A stretch of 64,000 nt of DNA from Acidobacteriota bacterium (GTDB taxonomy: Bacteria; Acidobacteriota; UBA6911; RPQK01; JAJDTT01), in NCBI GenBank assembly GCA_965217775.1, contig CBDCJH010000002.1, forward strand, positions 4,416,001 to 4,480,000, given 5' to 3'. Made by a program: the position numbers and the translations under genes. Below, piece by piece: positions 56,094 through 64,000 of this stretch. Under the pieces are notes generated by a model that was not told where the DNA came from, searched no databases, and saw only the letters and a program-made list of their open reading frames with translations. Positions within the stretch are counted from its first letter, which is position 1. Every line of letters starts with the position of its first letter.

Positions 56094-57749
56094 CTATGGC
56101 GCCGGGGCCTGGTCGATCCAGGGGTAGCCCAATATCAGTCCGACCAACGCCAGCAGGGGAACCAGGCAGATGGCCATCTTCAGGAGGATCTGCTGCCTGG
56201 AGTCTTCCGGATTCATGATCCTGCACGCCACGAGGCCCGCGGTCAGGTTCGCTCCCAGCGCGACCGGGGAGATCCATTGGAAGCTGATGGCGGTGGTGTC
56301 CAGGCCGGTGCCCGCGGCGAGCACTTCGTAGAAGCTCCCGGAGAATGCCACGAGGAAAGCCGTGGTGACCCCGTAGATAGTGCCCACCAGCACTCCGGCA
56401 GCCCGTGCGAAGGGCACGAACATGGCGAAGAAGAAGAGGCCGAAGATGGGAGTCACCAGCAGGTTGGTGGTGCGTTGGGTCATGGCCGTGAAGTTTCCGG
56501 GAACATGTCCGATGAAGGTGCTTCCCACGACCACGATGGCGCCCACGGTGAGGGCCAGTATCTGGGCCCAGCGGACGTGCCCCTTCTCCGACTTGGGCTT
56601 CAGGCCGAACCGGTCCAGGAAGTCGGTCATGATGACCGCGGTGATGGAGTTCACGCCCGAATCGATGCTGGACATGGCCGCGGCGAACATGGCCGACACC
56701 ACGAGACCGGTGACCCCCGGCGGCAGGTGGAAGGAGACGAAGCGGGGGAAGATCCGATCCCCGTCCGTGATCAGGCTCAGGCCGGCCGGAAGCTCGTCCG
56801 GCCGCTGCTGGAAGTACCCCAGCAACGCGAATCCAACGAGCACCAGGGTCGTGGCCACACAGGCGCCCGCGCACATCTGGGTCAGGTAGGCCTTCTTGGC
56901 GGCCTTTGCGTCTCGCGTGGCCATGAACCGCTGGACCGAAACCTGGTCTCCGCCGGCCGTGCAGATCTGCCAGAGGGTGGCGCTGAGTATGGTTCCCAAG
57001 ACGGTGACCCGCATCCTGGGGTCGAAACTGAACGCCGGCTGGGCGTCCCAGGTGGGTTGCCAACTGGTGGGAAACCAGCTGAATCCACCGAGTTCGTAGG
57101 TCACCAGCCCGATCACCAGCCAGGCCCCGCCGAACAGCAGGCTGAACTGGAGGAAATCGGTGATGACCACCGCCCCCAGGCCTCCCAGAGAGGTATAGAT
57201 CACCGAAACGAAACCGGTGACCAGAACCACCAGCGGGATCCACTCGTCTCCCACGCCCAACATGGTCGTCATGGCCTTGGCGGCGATGTAGACCAGCAGG
57301 GACATCCAGACCAGGCGCATGGCGATGAACAGGACCGATCCCAGCAGCCGGATGCCCAGACCGAGCCGCTCCTCCAGCAACTCGTAGGCGCTGGTGACCC
57401 GCTGGCGCATGTAGATGTCCAGAAAAAACTTCGAGACGACCAGAAAGGCAATCGGGTAGGCGCAGAGGTTGGCCACGGTCGCCACGGGTCCCTTGGCGAT
57501 GGTCTCCCCCGGCATGGAGAGATAGGAGATGGTGCTCAGCAGCGTGGCGAAGAGGGAAATGCCCACCAACAGCGGGTTCATGGCCCCGCTGCCCACGAAG
57601 TACTCGCTGGTGCTTCGCTGCCGGCGCGAGAAGTAATAGCCCAGGCCGATGGTCGACGAGGCGTAAACCACGACAATCAGCCAATCGATGAGGGTCAGTC
57701 CACCTTGTCCAGTGAGGTCCATGGCGTTTGCGGTCCCGAACTCTACCAT
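56094..57749 (-). CDS. Sodium:solute symporter
   Basis: SAYELLEERLG, GGLGAVVITD, DQVSVQRF, AAAMSSIDSG. Confidence 0.92.
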   Translation of the reverse strand: MVEFGTANAMDLTGQGGLTLIDWLIVVVYASSTIGLGYYFSRRQRSTSEYFVGSGAMNPLLVGISLFATLLSTISYLSMPGETIAKGPVATVANLCAYPIAFLVVSKFFLDIYMRQRVTSAYELLEERLGLGIRLLGSVLFIAMRLVWMSLLVYIAAKAMTTMLGVGDEWIPLVVLVTGFVSVIYTSLGGLGAVVITDFLQFSLLFGGAWLVIGLVTYELGGFSWFPTSWQPTWDAQPAFSFDPRMRVTVLGTILSATLWQICTAGGDQVSVQRFMATRDAKAAKKAYLTQMCAGACVATTLVLVGFALLGYFQQRPDELPAGLSLITDGDRIFPRFVSFHLPPGVTGLVVSAMFAAAMSSIDSGVNSITAVIMTDFLDRFGLKPKSEKGHVRWAQILALTVGAIVVVGSTFIGHVPGNFTAMTQRTTNLLVTPIFGLFFFAMFVPFARAAGVLVGTIYGVTTAFLVAFSGSFYEVLAAGTGLDTTAISFQWISPVALGANLTAGLVACRIMNPEDSRQQILLKMAICLVPLLALVGLILGYPWIDQAPAP

Positions 57750-57755
57750 TTTGGA

Positions 57756-57945
57756 TCGGCGGCTTTCCAGCCGCCGAATAGGAGCGGCGACAGGAGCGGC
57801 GGTTTCTAACCGCCGATCAGGGGAGGTTAGGGGGGACCATAGTCCCCCCTCTACAGTCTGGGGCAGGTAACAAGAAAGTTGCGCCTTCCAGGGGGCGACT
57901 GGAAATCGCCCCTCCTAGTGGGCGACAAGGATGTCGCCCCTCCAG
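57756..57945. repeat. REP-like family B cluster
   Basis: Several hairpins: cggcggctttccagccgccg, ggggcgactggaaatcgcccc, gggcgacaaggatgtcgcccc. Confidence 0.8.
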
Positions 57946-58017
57946 CAGGCCAAACGGGTTGCCAGTGCTGTTAGACTGTCAGTTTTCGTCCGGGGTCGGT
58001 CCCGTAGAGATTTCTTC

Positions 58018-59649
58018 ATGACGGAAACCAACCGGAAGCCTTCCTCTTCTGAGCAGCCCTGCGAAAAGCATCCCCTGGTCGAGCTCTGGACCATTGCCTG
58101 GCCTACGGTCCTGACCATGACCAGCTACACGGTGATGCAGTTCGCCGACAAGCTCATGGTGGGACAGGTGGGGCCGGTGGAGGTGGCCGCCCAAGGGAAC
58201 GGCGGCATCTGGGCGTTTACGCCCATTGCCTTCACGCTGGGTCTGCTGACGGTGGTCAACACCTTCGTGAGCCAGTCGCGGGGAGCGAAACGGGTCCTGG
58301 ACGCCCCCCGATACGGTTGGGCCTCACTCTGGCTCAGCGGCGGGATGTGGGTGGTGCTGATGCTCCCCTACGCCCTGCTGCTCAAATACATCTTCCCCCT
58401 GATCCACTCCGCTCAACGGGAACAGATTCAAAACGGATTGGAAAGGGCTTCGGGGGCCGATCTCCTCGCGGCGCAGGCTGAGCTGGAGCAGTTGGACAGA
58501 CTGATCGGCCTGGAGACCCAATACGCGCAGATTCTCCTGGCCGGATCGATCCTGCTCCTGATCAGCCGGGCGCTCCACCATTACTTCTTCGGTCTGCAGC
58601 GCCCCAAAGTGGCGACCGTCTCCGCCATCTGCGGAAACGCGACCAACGTGACGGTCAACTACGTGCTCATCTTCGGCCATCTGGGCGCGCCCGGGTGGGG
58701 GCTGCCGGGCATCCCCGGCGTGCCCGCCCTGGGCCTGACCGGAGCCGCCCTGGGAACCATCGCCGGCACGCTGGTGGAGTCTGCGATTCCCGTGATCCTG
58801 TTCCTGGGACCCTCCATGAACCGGGAGCTGCAGAGCCGGCGCCAGTGGAGACCGCAGAAGGGGCCGATCCTGGACCTGCTACGAATCGGACTCCCGGCGG
58901 GCGTCCAGGTGGGAAACGAAATGGCCTGCTGGTCCATCTTCATGACCCGGCTGGTGGGGGTCTTCGGAACCTATCACCAGACTGCGGGGTGGATCTCCAT
59001 CACCTACATCCACCTCAGCTTCATGCCGGCCCTGGGCCTGTCGGTGGCGGTGACCTCACTGGTGGGCAACTACCAGGGTGCCGGGCAGCCCGACGTGGCG
59101 GCCGCCCGGGCCCGCCTGGGAGTCCTGGTGGGCCTGATTTACATGACCTTGTTCGGAGTCTTGTTCTACCTCTTCCGGTATGAGCTGGTGTCCATCTTCG
59201 TGGGCGGACTGCATCTGGACGCCGGCGAGGCCCGGCAGATCGTGGAGATCGGCGCCACGCTCATGATCTGCGCTGCCATATTCCAGGCCTTCGACGCCTT
59301 CGGGATCATCTACACGGGCGCCCTCCGGGGAGCCGGCGATACGCTCTGGCCCAGCGCCGTCACCATCTTGTACAACTGGACCTTCATTCTGGGCGGCGGT
59401 TGGCTCATGACCCGGTACTATCCCCAGCTCGAATCGGTGGGCCCCTGGGTGGCCGCGACGGTGTACATCATCATTCTGGGAGTGACCATGGCCTACCGCT
59501 TCGAATCAGGCCGCTGGCGTACCCTGCGGATTCTGGAGCCGACGAAGCATGATGCCGCCCGGATAGCACCCCTCAGCCCCACGGCACCGGTGTCCGAGCC
59601 GGGAGCCGCCGTGGCGGACATCGCCGAGGAAGTGGGACGCGTCGACTGA
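58018..59649 (+). CDS. MATE family efflux transporter
   Basis: ADKLMVGQVG, NYVLIFG, GALRGAGDT; about 12 TM segments. Confidence 0.9.
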   Translation: MTETNRKPSSSEQPCEKHPLVELWTIAWPTVLTMTSYTVMQFADKLMVGQVGPVEVAAQGNGGIWAFTPIAFTLGLLTVVNTFVSQSRGAKRVLDAPRYGWASLWLSGGMWVVLMLPYALLLKYIFPLIHSAQREQIQNGLERASGADLLAAQAELEQLDRLIGLETQYAQILLAGSILLLISRALHHYFFGLQRPKVATVSAICGNATNVTVNYVLIFGHLGAPGWGLPGIPGVPALGLTGAALGTIAGTLVESAIPVILFLGPSMNRELQSRRQWRPQKGPILDLLRIGLPAGVQVGNEMACWSIFMTRLVGVFGTYHQTAGWISITYIHLSFMPALGLSVAVTSLVGNYQGAGQPDVAAARARLGVLVGLIYMTLFGVLFYLFRYELVSIFVGGLHLDAGEARQIVEIGATLMICAAIFQAFDAFGIIYTGALRGAGDTLWPSAVTILYNWTFILGGGWLMTRYYPQLESVGPWVAATVYIIILGVTMAYRFESGRWRTLRILEPTKHDAARIAPLSPTAPVSEPGAAVADIAEEVGRVD

Positions 59650-59653
59650 GCTA

Positions 59654-59813
59654 GGAGTCTGCGCCGTAGGAATGATCGTAGCGAGAAAGTGGGGAATCGA
59701 GGCCAGATTTTCTCGATTTGGAGGTGCATAGTCGTTCTATTCGCCGAGAAATCGAGGAAATATGGACCGATTCACCGCTTTCGCAGTAGATCGATTTCTG
59801 CGGCGCAGGCTCC
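59654..59813. mobile_element. MITE-2 (160 bp)
   Basis: Copy of 48122-48281 in a CTAG context. Confidence 0.88.
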
Positions 59814-59816
59814 TAG

Positions 59817-59974
59817 CAGTCCGTGGCGAAAGTCCCGCGAGCACCGAGACCGTTCCTGCGCCCGCCGGACAAGGCGCGATGAGGGAGCATACCGGGAGTA
59901 TGTGACCGAGTCGCAACGCAGTCCGCCGGGATGCAGGGACGGTCGAATGCCGTGACGACTTTTGCCACGGGCTG
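59817..59974. mobile_element. MITE-1 (158 bp, reverse orientation)
   Basis: CTAG/CTAG target duplication; abuts MITE-2. Confidence 0.88.
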
Positions 59975-59986
59975 CTAGGGCCGCGG

Positions 59987-61177
59987 TTACCAATCGCCTC
60001 TCTCGAGGAAGCGGCAGATCCGCTCCATCGCCGGCTCCAGTACGGAATAGCCGGGAGCCGTACAGATGCGGAAAGATCCGCCTCCGCCTCGACCGAAGGC
60101 CACTCCCGGAGCCACCGCCACCTTGCTCCGCCGGAGGAGCGCCAAGGCGAAGGCGAAGGAATCTTCCAGTCCCTGGACGGTGGGGAAGACGTAGAAGGCT
60201 CCGGCCGGCTTCAGCACCGAGACCGAATCCAGAGCAGCCAGGGCCTGGAAACAGTACTCGTTGCGCTCCTTGAGCTTTTCCACCATCTCCGGGATCCCGT
60301 CGTCCCGGTGGCGGAGCGCCAACTCGCCGGCCCGCTGGATCATGGAAGCGGCATGGGAAACGATGAATTCGTTGATCTGGGCGCCCTTGGAAATGAAGTC
60401 CCGGCGCGAGACCACCCATCCCAGGCGCCAGCCCGTCATGCAGTAGCTCTTGGAGAAGGATTGGGCTACCACCACCGCGTCGGACCGGTCGGCGATCCGC
60501 AGGATCGAAGGGGCCGCCTCGCCATGGTAGTAGATGCGCTCGTAGACCTCGTCGGCCAGCAGCCACAAACCGTTGCGGCGGCAGAAATCCAGCAGTCGCT
60601 GCTGGTCCCTCGGAGACGCCACCCAGCCCAGGGGATTGGAGGGGGAGCTGTAGATGAGCAACCGGGTCCGAGGAGTCAGGGCAGACTCCAAGGCATCGAA
60701 ATCGGGGACGTAATGTCCTTCCCGCTGTAGAAACGGAACTTCTCGGGGGCGGCCGCTGAAGAGGCTGACTATGGCCGCAGCGTTGGGCCAATTGGGAGTC
60801 AGAAGCAACGCCTCGTCCCCCGGATTCAAGAGGCACCGGATCGACAGATTGAGGGCCTGGACGCCTGAAGCCGTCACCAGAATCTCCGACGCCGGGTCGA
60901 GCCGGACCTGATGGAGCTCGAGATACTTTTCGGCCAGGGCTTCCCGCAGACCGGGCAGACCCGAGTTCTCGGTATAGAAGGTGTATCCCTCCGCCATGGC
61001 CCGGCTCGCCGCCTCCTTGATGAATGCGGGTGTGGGCATGTCCGACTCGCCGAACTGGAGCCGGAGCACCCCCTCCATGGTGAAGGCCACGTCAGCCAAC
61101 TCCCGTATCTGGGAGGGCTTTACCTGAAACACGCTGGAAGCCAATCCTATGCCGTCGCCGGATCGAGGTTTTCGCAT
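59987..61177 (-). CDS. PLP-dependent aminotransferase class I/II
   Basis: SPSNPLG, DEVY, SFSKSYCMTGWRLG. Confidence 0.93.
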   Translation of the reverse strand: MRKPRSGDGIGLASSVFQVKPSQIRELADVAFTMEGVLRLQFGESDMPTPAFIKEAASRAMAEGYTFYTENSGLPGLREALAEKYLELHQVRLDPASEILVTASGVQALNLSIRCLLNPGDEALLLTPNWPNAAAIVSLFSGRPREVPFLQREGHYVPDFDALESALTPRTRLLIYSSPSNPLGWVASPRDQQRLLDFCRRNGLWLLADEVYERIYYHGEAAPSILRIADRSDAVVVAQSFSKSYCMTGWRLGWVVSRRDFISKGAQINEFIVSHAASMIQRAGELALRHRDDGIPEMVEKLKERNEYCFQALAALDSVSVLKPAGAFYVFPTVQGLEDSFAFALALLRRSKVAVAPGVAFGRGGGGSFRICTAPGYSVLEPAMERICRFLERGDW

Positions 61178-61279
61178 ATTTCGGCGCCAGTCTACTACGG
61201 CGGCGGCGGTCTTGGGTCAAATGACTTGCAGTAGATTGACACGGCATCCCGTCTGGTCCAGGCTTCGGGTCAATCCACA

Positions 61280-61954
61280 ATGGAGCTTTTCACCGTTTCC
61301 CCATCCTGCCGGAAAATGGGCCTCCACTCTCGTGCAATTCTCTTCCGGGAGGTCTCGATCCGGCCCTCGCCACCCGACTTCCCGGAGCGGGTCCGCCGGG
61401 TCGCGGAGGATCTCCGGTCTCGTTTTCCCACCCCCCGGTCGGTCCGGGAGTCGGCCCCGATGGTGGAGCTGCATTCCATCTTCAGAAAGGTGGGAGTCAA
61501 CCCCCGCAAGCTGCAGCCCTCCTGTGAAAGGCTGGTGCAGTTGGCCCTGAAGCGGGGCGCCATTCCAGCCATCAACAACCTGGTGGACACCTACAACCTG
61601 GTGAGCCTCAGGTGGAACTGTTCCCTGGGAGCCCACGATCTGGACCGCCTGACCCCGCCGGTCCAGCTCCGAATCCTGAAAGGAGACGAAGCCTTCGTCC
61701 CCCTGGGCAGCCGGAAGCCGGAACCCTTCGGGCGCGGCGAATTCGGGTACGTGGACGCCGAGAATCGCTTGATCTGCCGTTTGGACGTCCGTCAGGCCGA
61801 CTTCAGCAAGATCACGCCCGAAACCGGTAACGTACTGCTCATCGTGGGCGCCACCCGGGCTCCGGACCCCGGTGACGTGGATCGGATCCTGGCCGAGACC
61901 GTGGACCGGGTCACGGAGGCCTGTGGAGGCCGCGGCCGGATCCTGGCGGATTGA
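61280..61954 (+). CDS. B3/B4 domain protein (PheT editing-domain-like)
   Basis: PSCERL, INNLVDTYNLVSL, GAHDLD. Confidence 0.85.
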   Translation: MELFTVSPSCRKMGLHSRAILFREVSIRPSPPDFPERVRRVAEDLRSRFPTPRSVRESAPMVELHSIFRKVGVNPRKLQPSCERLVQLALKRGAIPAINNLVDTYNLVSLRWNCSLGAHDLDRLTPPVQLRILKGDEAFVPLGSRKPEPFGRGEFGYVDAENRLICRLDVRQADFSKITPETGNVLLIVGATRAPDPGDVDRILAETVDRVTEACGGRGRILAD

Positions 61955-61960
61955 TCGGGT

Positions 61961-62794
61961 ATGACCAGCTTTCGAGATTTCGAGCACGAACGGTGGCAGG
62001 AGGCCGTCGAGACCTACGCCGGCTTCTGGGCCGGCCTGACCCGCCAGACCATCCGGCCTCTACTGGACGCCCTCGAAGTCTCCCCGGAAACCCACCTCCT
62101 CGACGTGAGCTGCGGAACCGGGCACGTCGCCGCGGCGGCGGCCTCGAAGGGAGCCTCGGTGGTCGGGATCGACTTCTCCTGCGCCATGCTGACTCGTGCC
62201 CGCAGGCTCCACCCCACTCTGGACTTCCGGCTGGGCGACGCCGAGGAACTGGAATTCCCGGATGAGAGCTTCGATGCCGTCGCCATCAACTTCGGCATGC
62301 TCCACTTCCAACATCCCGAGCGAGCCCTGGCCCAGGCTCACCGCGTGCTCCATCCGGGAGGACGAGCCGCCTATACCGTCTGGTCCCCTCCCGACCAGTC
62401 CCGGGCCTTCGAGGTCGTCTACGGCTCCATCCACGATTACGGCACCCTGGAAGTCCCGCTGCCGCCCGGGCCTCCCTTCTTCCGGTTCAGCGACCCGGAG
62501 GAGTCGCGCCGTATTTTGTTGGAAACCGGGTTCCGGGAGCCGCGAATCGAGTCACTCCGGCTGACGTGGAGAGTGCCTTCGGCGGCGGCACTCCTGCGGG
62601 CGTTCGAGGAGGGGACGGCCCGCACCGGTCCCACGCTGTTGGCGCAGAGACCGGAGGATCTGGTCCGTATCCGCAACGCCATCCTGGAGCGGGCTACGGC
62701 CTACGAAGGCGATGGTGGACTGGAAGTCCCCATGGTGGCCGTCCTCTGCCGGGGACGAAAGGAGAGTGGCCCATGTTTCGCAGACGATTCCTGA
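61961..62794 (+). CDS. Class I SAM-dependent methyltransferase
   Basis: LLDVSCGTG, GDAEELEFPDESFDAV, RVLHPGG. Confidence 0.9.
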   Translation: MTSFRDFEHERWQEAVETYAGFWAGLTRQTIRPLLDALEVSPETHLLDVSCGTGHVAAAAASKGASVVGIDFSCAMLTRARRLHPTLDFRLGDAEELEFPDESFDAVAINFGMLHFQHPERALAQAHRVLHPGGRAAYTVWSPPDQSRAFEVVYGSIHDYGTLEVPLPPGPPFFRFSDPEESRRILLETGFREPRIESLRLTWRVPSAAALLRAFEEGTARTGPTLLAQRPEDLVRIRNAILERATAYEGDGGLEVPMVAVLCRGRKESGPCFADDS

Positions 62795-64000
62795 AGAGCA
62801 CCCTGGCCGGTCTTGCCGCCGGATCGGGCGGTCTGACTCGCACTCGAGGCCAGAACCCGCCGCCGGGTTCCCGGGTTGCGACCGCCGGGGATGCCATCCA
62901 ACTCTCCCCGAGTCATTTGGCGGCGGTGAACCGGCGGAGGCGCGTGGCCAAGAACTTCGATGTCCTCTTGTTGGACCCGGACCAGTATGAGAGCGTCGAC
63001 GCCCTTCTGGAGCACCGGTTCACCTTTATCGACGATCCCGGCTCCTGCATCGACAGCGTCTGGTGGAACTGGGGCGAAGGCAACGTGGTCCCCTATCCGA
63101 GCAATTTCCTCCCCAAGTACAACCAGCCCGGCTTCCAGCGGTGGCTTCGGGAAGGGGTGGACATCGTCCGAATCTTCCAGGACGAGACCCGCAAGCGGGG
63201 TCTGGAGGTGTTCTTCAGCCACCGCATGAACGGGTCGGACAACGATCCCCAGTACATCCCCGGACGGGGCACCTTCAGCGACGACATGAGCCGGCAGAAC
63301 CCCATCCCGCTCAAGCAGCAGCATCCCGACTGGCTCCTGCCGGCGCCCTGGAACCCCAACGGGTACTGGAACTACGCCGTTCAGGGGGTCCGCGACTACG
63401 TCTTCCGAAAACTGAAGGAGGTCGCCGAGGAGTATGAGTTCGACGGGATCGAGCTGGACTTCGCCCGCATGAGCATCCTCTTTCCGGAAGGCCGGGCCTG
63501 GGAGAATCGTTCTCACCTGACCGAGCTCATCCGAAGGCTGCGCCATATGACGCTGCAGGTGGAGCGCCGCCGGGGACGCCCTTTCCTGCTGGCGGCCCGG
63601 GTGCCGGAGAATCTCATGGGATGCCATTTCGACGGACTGGACGTGGAGACCTGGATCCGGGATCAGCTCCTGGACCTGGTGGTCCTGGGCTGCAGGAACT
63701 TCCAGGTGGACGTGCCCGCCTTTCGAACGATTGTGGGAGACCGCCCCGTCAAGCTCCTCTGCGCCCTGGACGAGCACCACGCCTCCGACGGTTACGCGGC
63801 CGCGCCCATCGAGGTGCTGCGGGGGGTCTGGTCCAACTGGTACCACCAGGGCGCCGACGGGCTTCAATCCTTCAACTTCAAATACGCTCCGGACCCCGGC
63901 GAACGGCACTGGTCCAACCACCGGCAGGCCTTCCGGGAGATGGGCGAACCCGGGAGGCTCCGCTTCCTGGACAAGACCTTCGTGGTCCAGCGCCGGGGCG
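62773..64000 (+). CDS. Tat-exported GHL10/DUF187-like glycoside hydrolase (partial, runs off the window edge)
   Basis: Not in the ORF track. MFRRRFLK Tat motif, SHRMNG, HPDWL, YEFDGIELDFAR; frame open to the end of the window. Confidence 0.7.
   Translation, partial: MFRRRFLKSTLAGLAAGSGGLTRTRGQNPPPGSRVATAGDAIQLSPSHLAAVNRRRRVAKNFDVLLLDPDQYESVDALLEHRFTFIDDPGSCIDSVWWNWGEGNVVPYPSNFLPKYNQPGFQRWLREGVDIVRIFQDETRKRGLEVFFSHRMNGSDNDPQYIPGRGTFSDDMSRQNPIPLKQQHPDWLLPAPWNPNGYWNYAVQGVRDYVFRKLKEVAEEYEFDGIELDFARMSILFPEGRAWENRSHLTELIRRLRHMTLQVERRRGRPFLLAARVPENLMGCHFDGLDVETWIRDQLLDLVVLGCRNFQVDVPAFRTIVGDRPVKLLCALDEHHASDGYAAAPIEVLRGVWSNWYHQGADGLQSFNFKYAPDPGERHWSNHRQAFREMGEPGRLRFLDKTFVVQRRG

Overview
High-GC bacterial chromosomal window. 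The gene repertoire suggests an Acidobacteriota-like organism, but this is inference only. It has two zones. (1) 18.5-64 kb is mostly ordinary core and metabolic genes: coaE, uvrA, polA, rlmD, tag, uxuA, an ECF sigma/anti-sigma/PDZ operon, transporters, Gfo/Idh/MocA oxidoreductases and a vapBC pair. It is sprinkled with two REP-like palindrome families and two MITE families. (2) 1-18 kb lies downstream of a tmRNA (ssrA, 18023-18378, minus strand, tag ANDEFALAA) and is an accessory mosaic with no integrase. Most gene or gene-fragment boundaries in it coincide with a short co-oriented motif, consensus GTGACTGTCCCCTT (12 clear plus-strand copies; none noticed beyond about 18.5 kb). Several inserted units are bracketed by diverged 70-300 bp duplications that end at or start from this motif, and genes are truncated at it. 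This looks like an integron-like, motif-directed cassette accretion locus, possibly driven by an HUH/Y1 tyrosine transposase in trans. The most striking cassette (8787-9754) is an AT-richer two-gene operon: a histone-fold-like 2TM protein plus a 2TM protein with a HEPN RxxxxH motif, a candidate membrane-anchored anti-phage system. All calls come from reading the sequence and recognising motifs by eye; no database searches were run.
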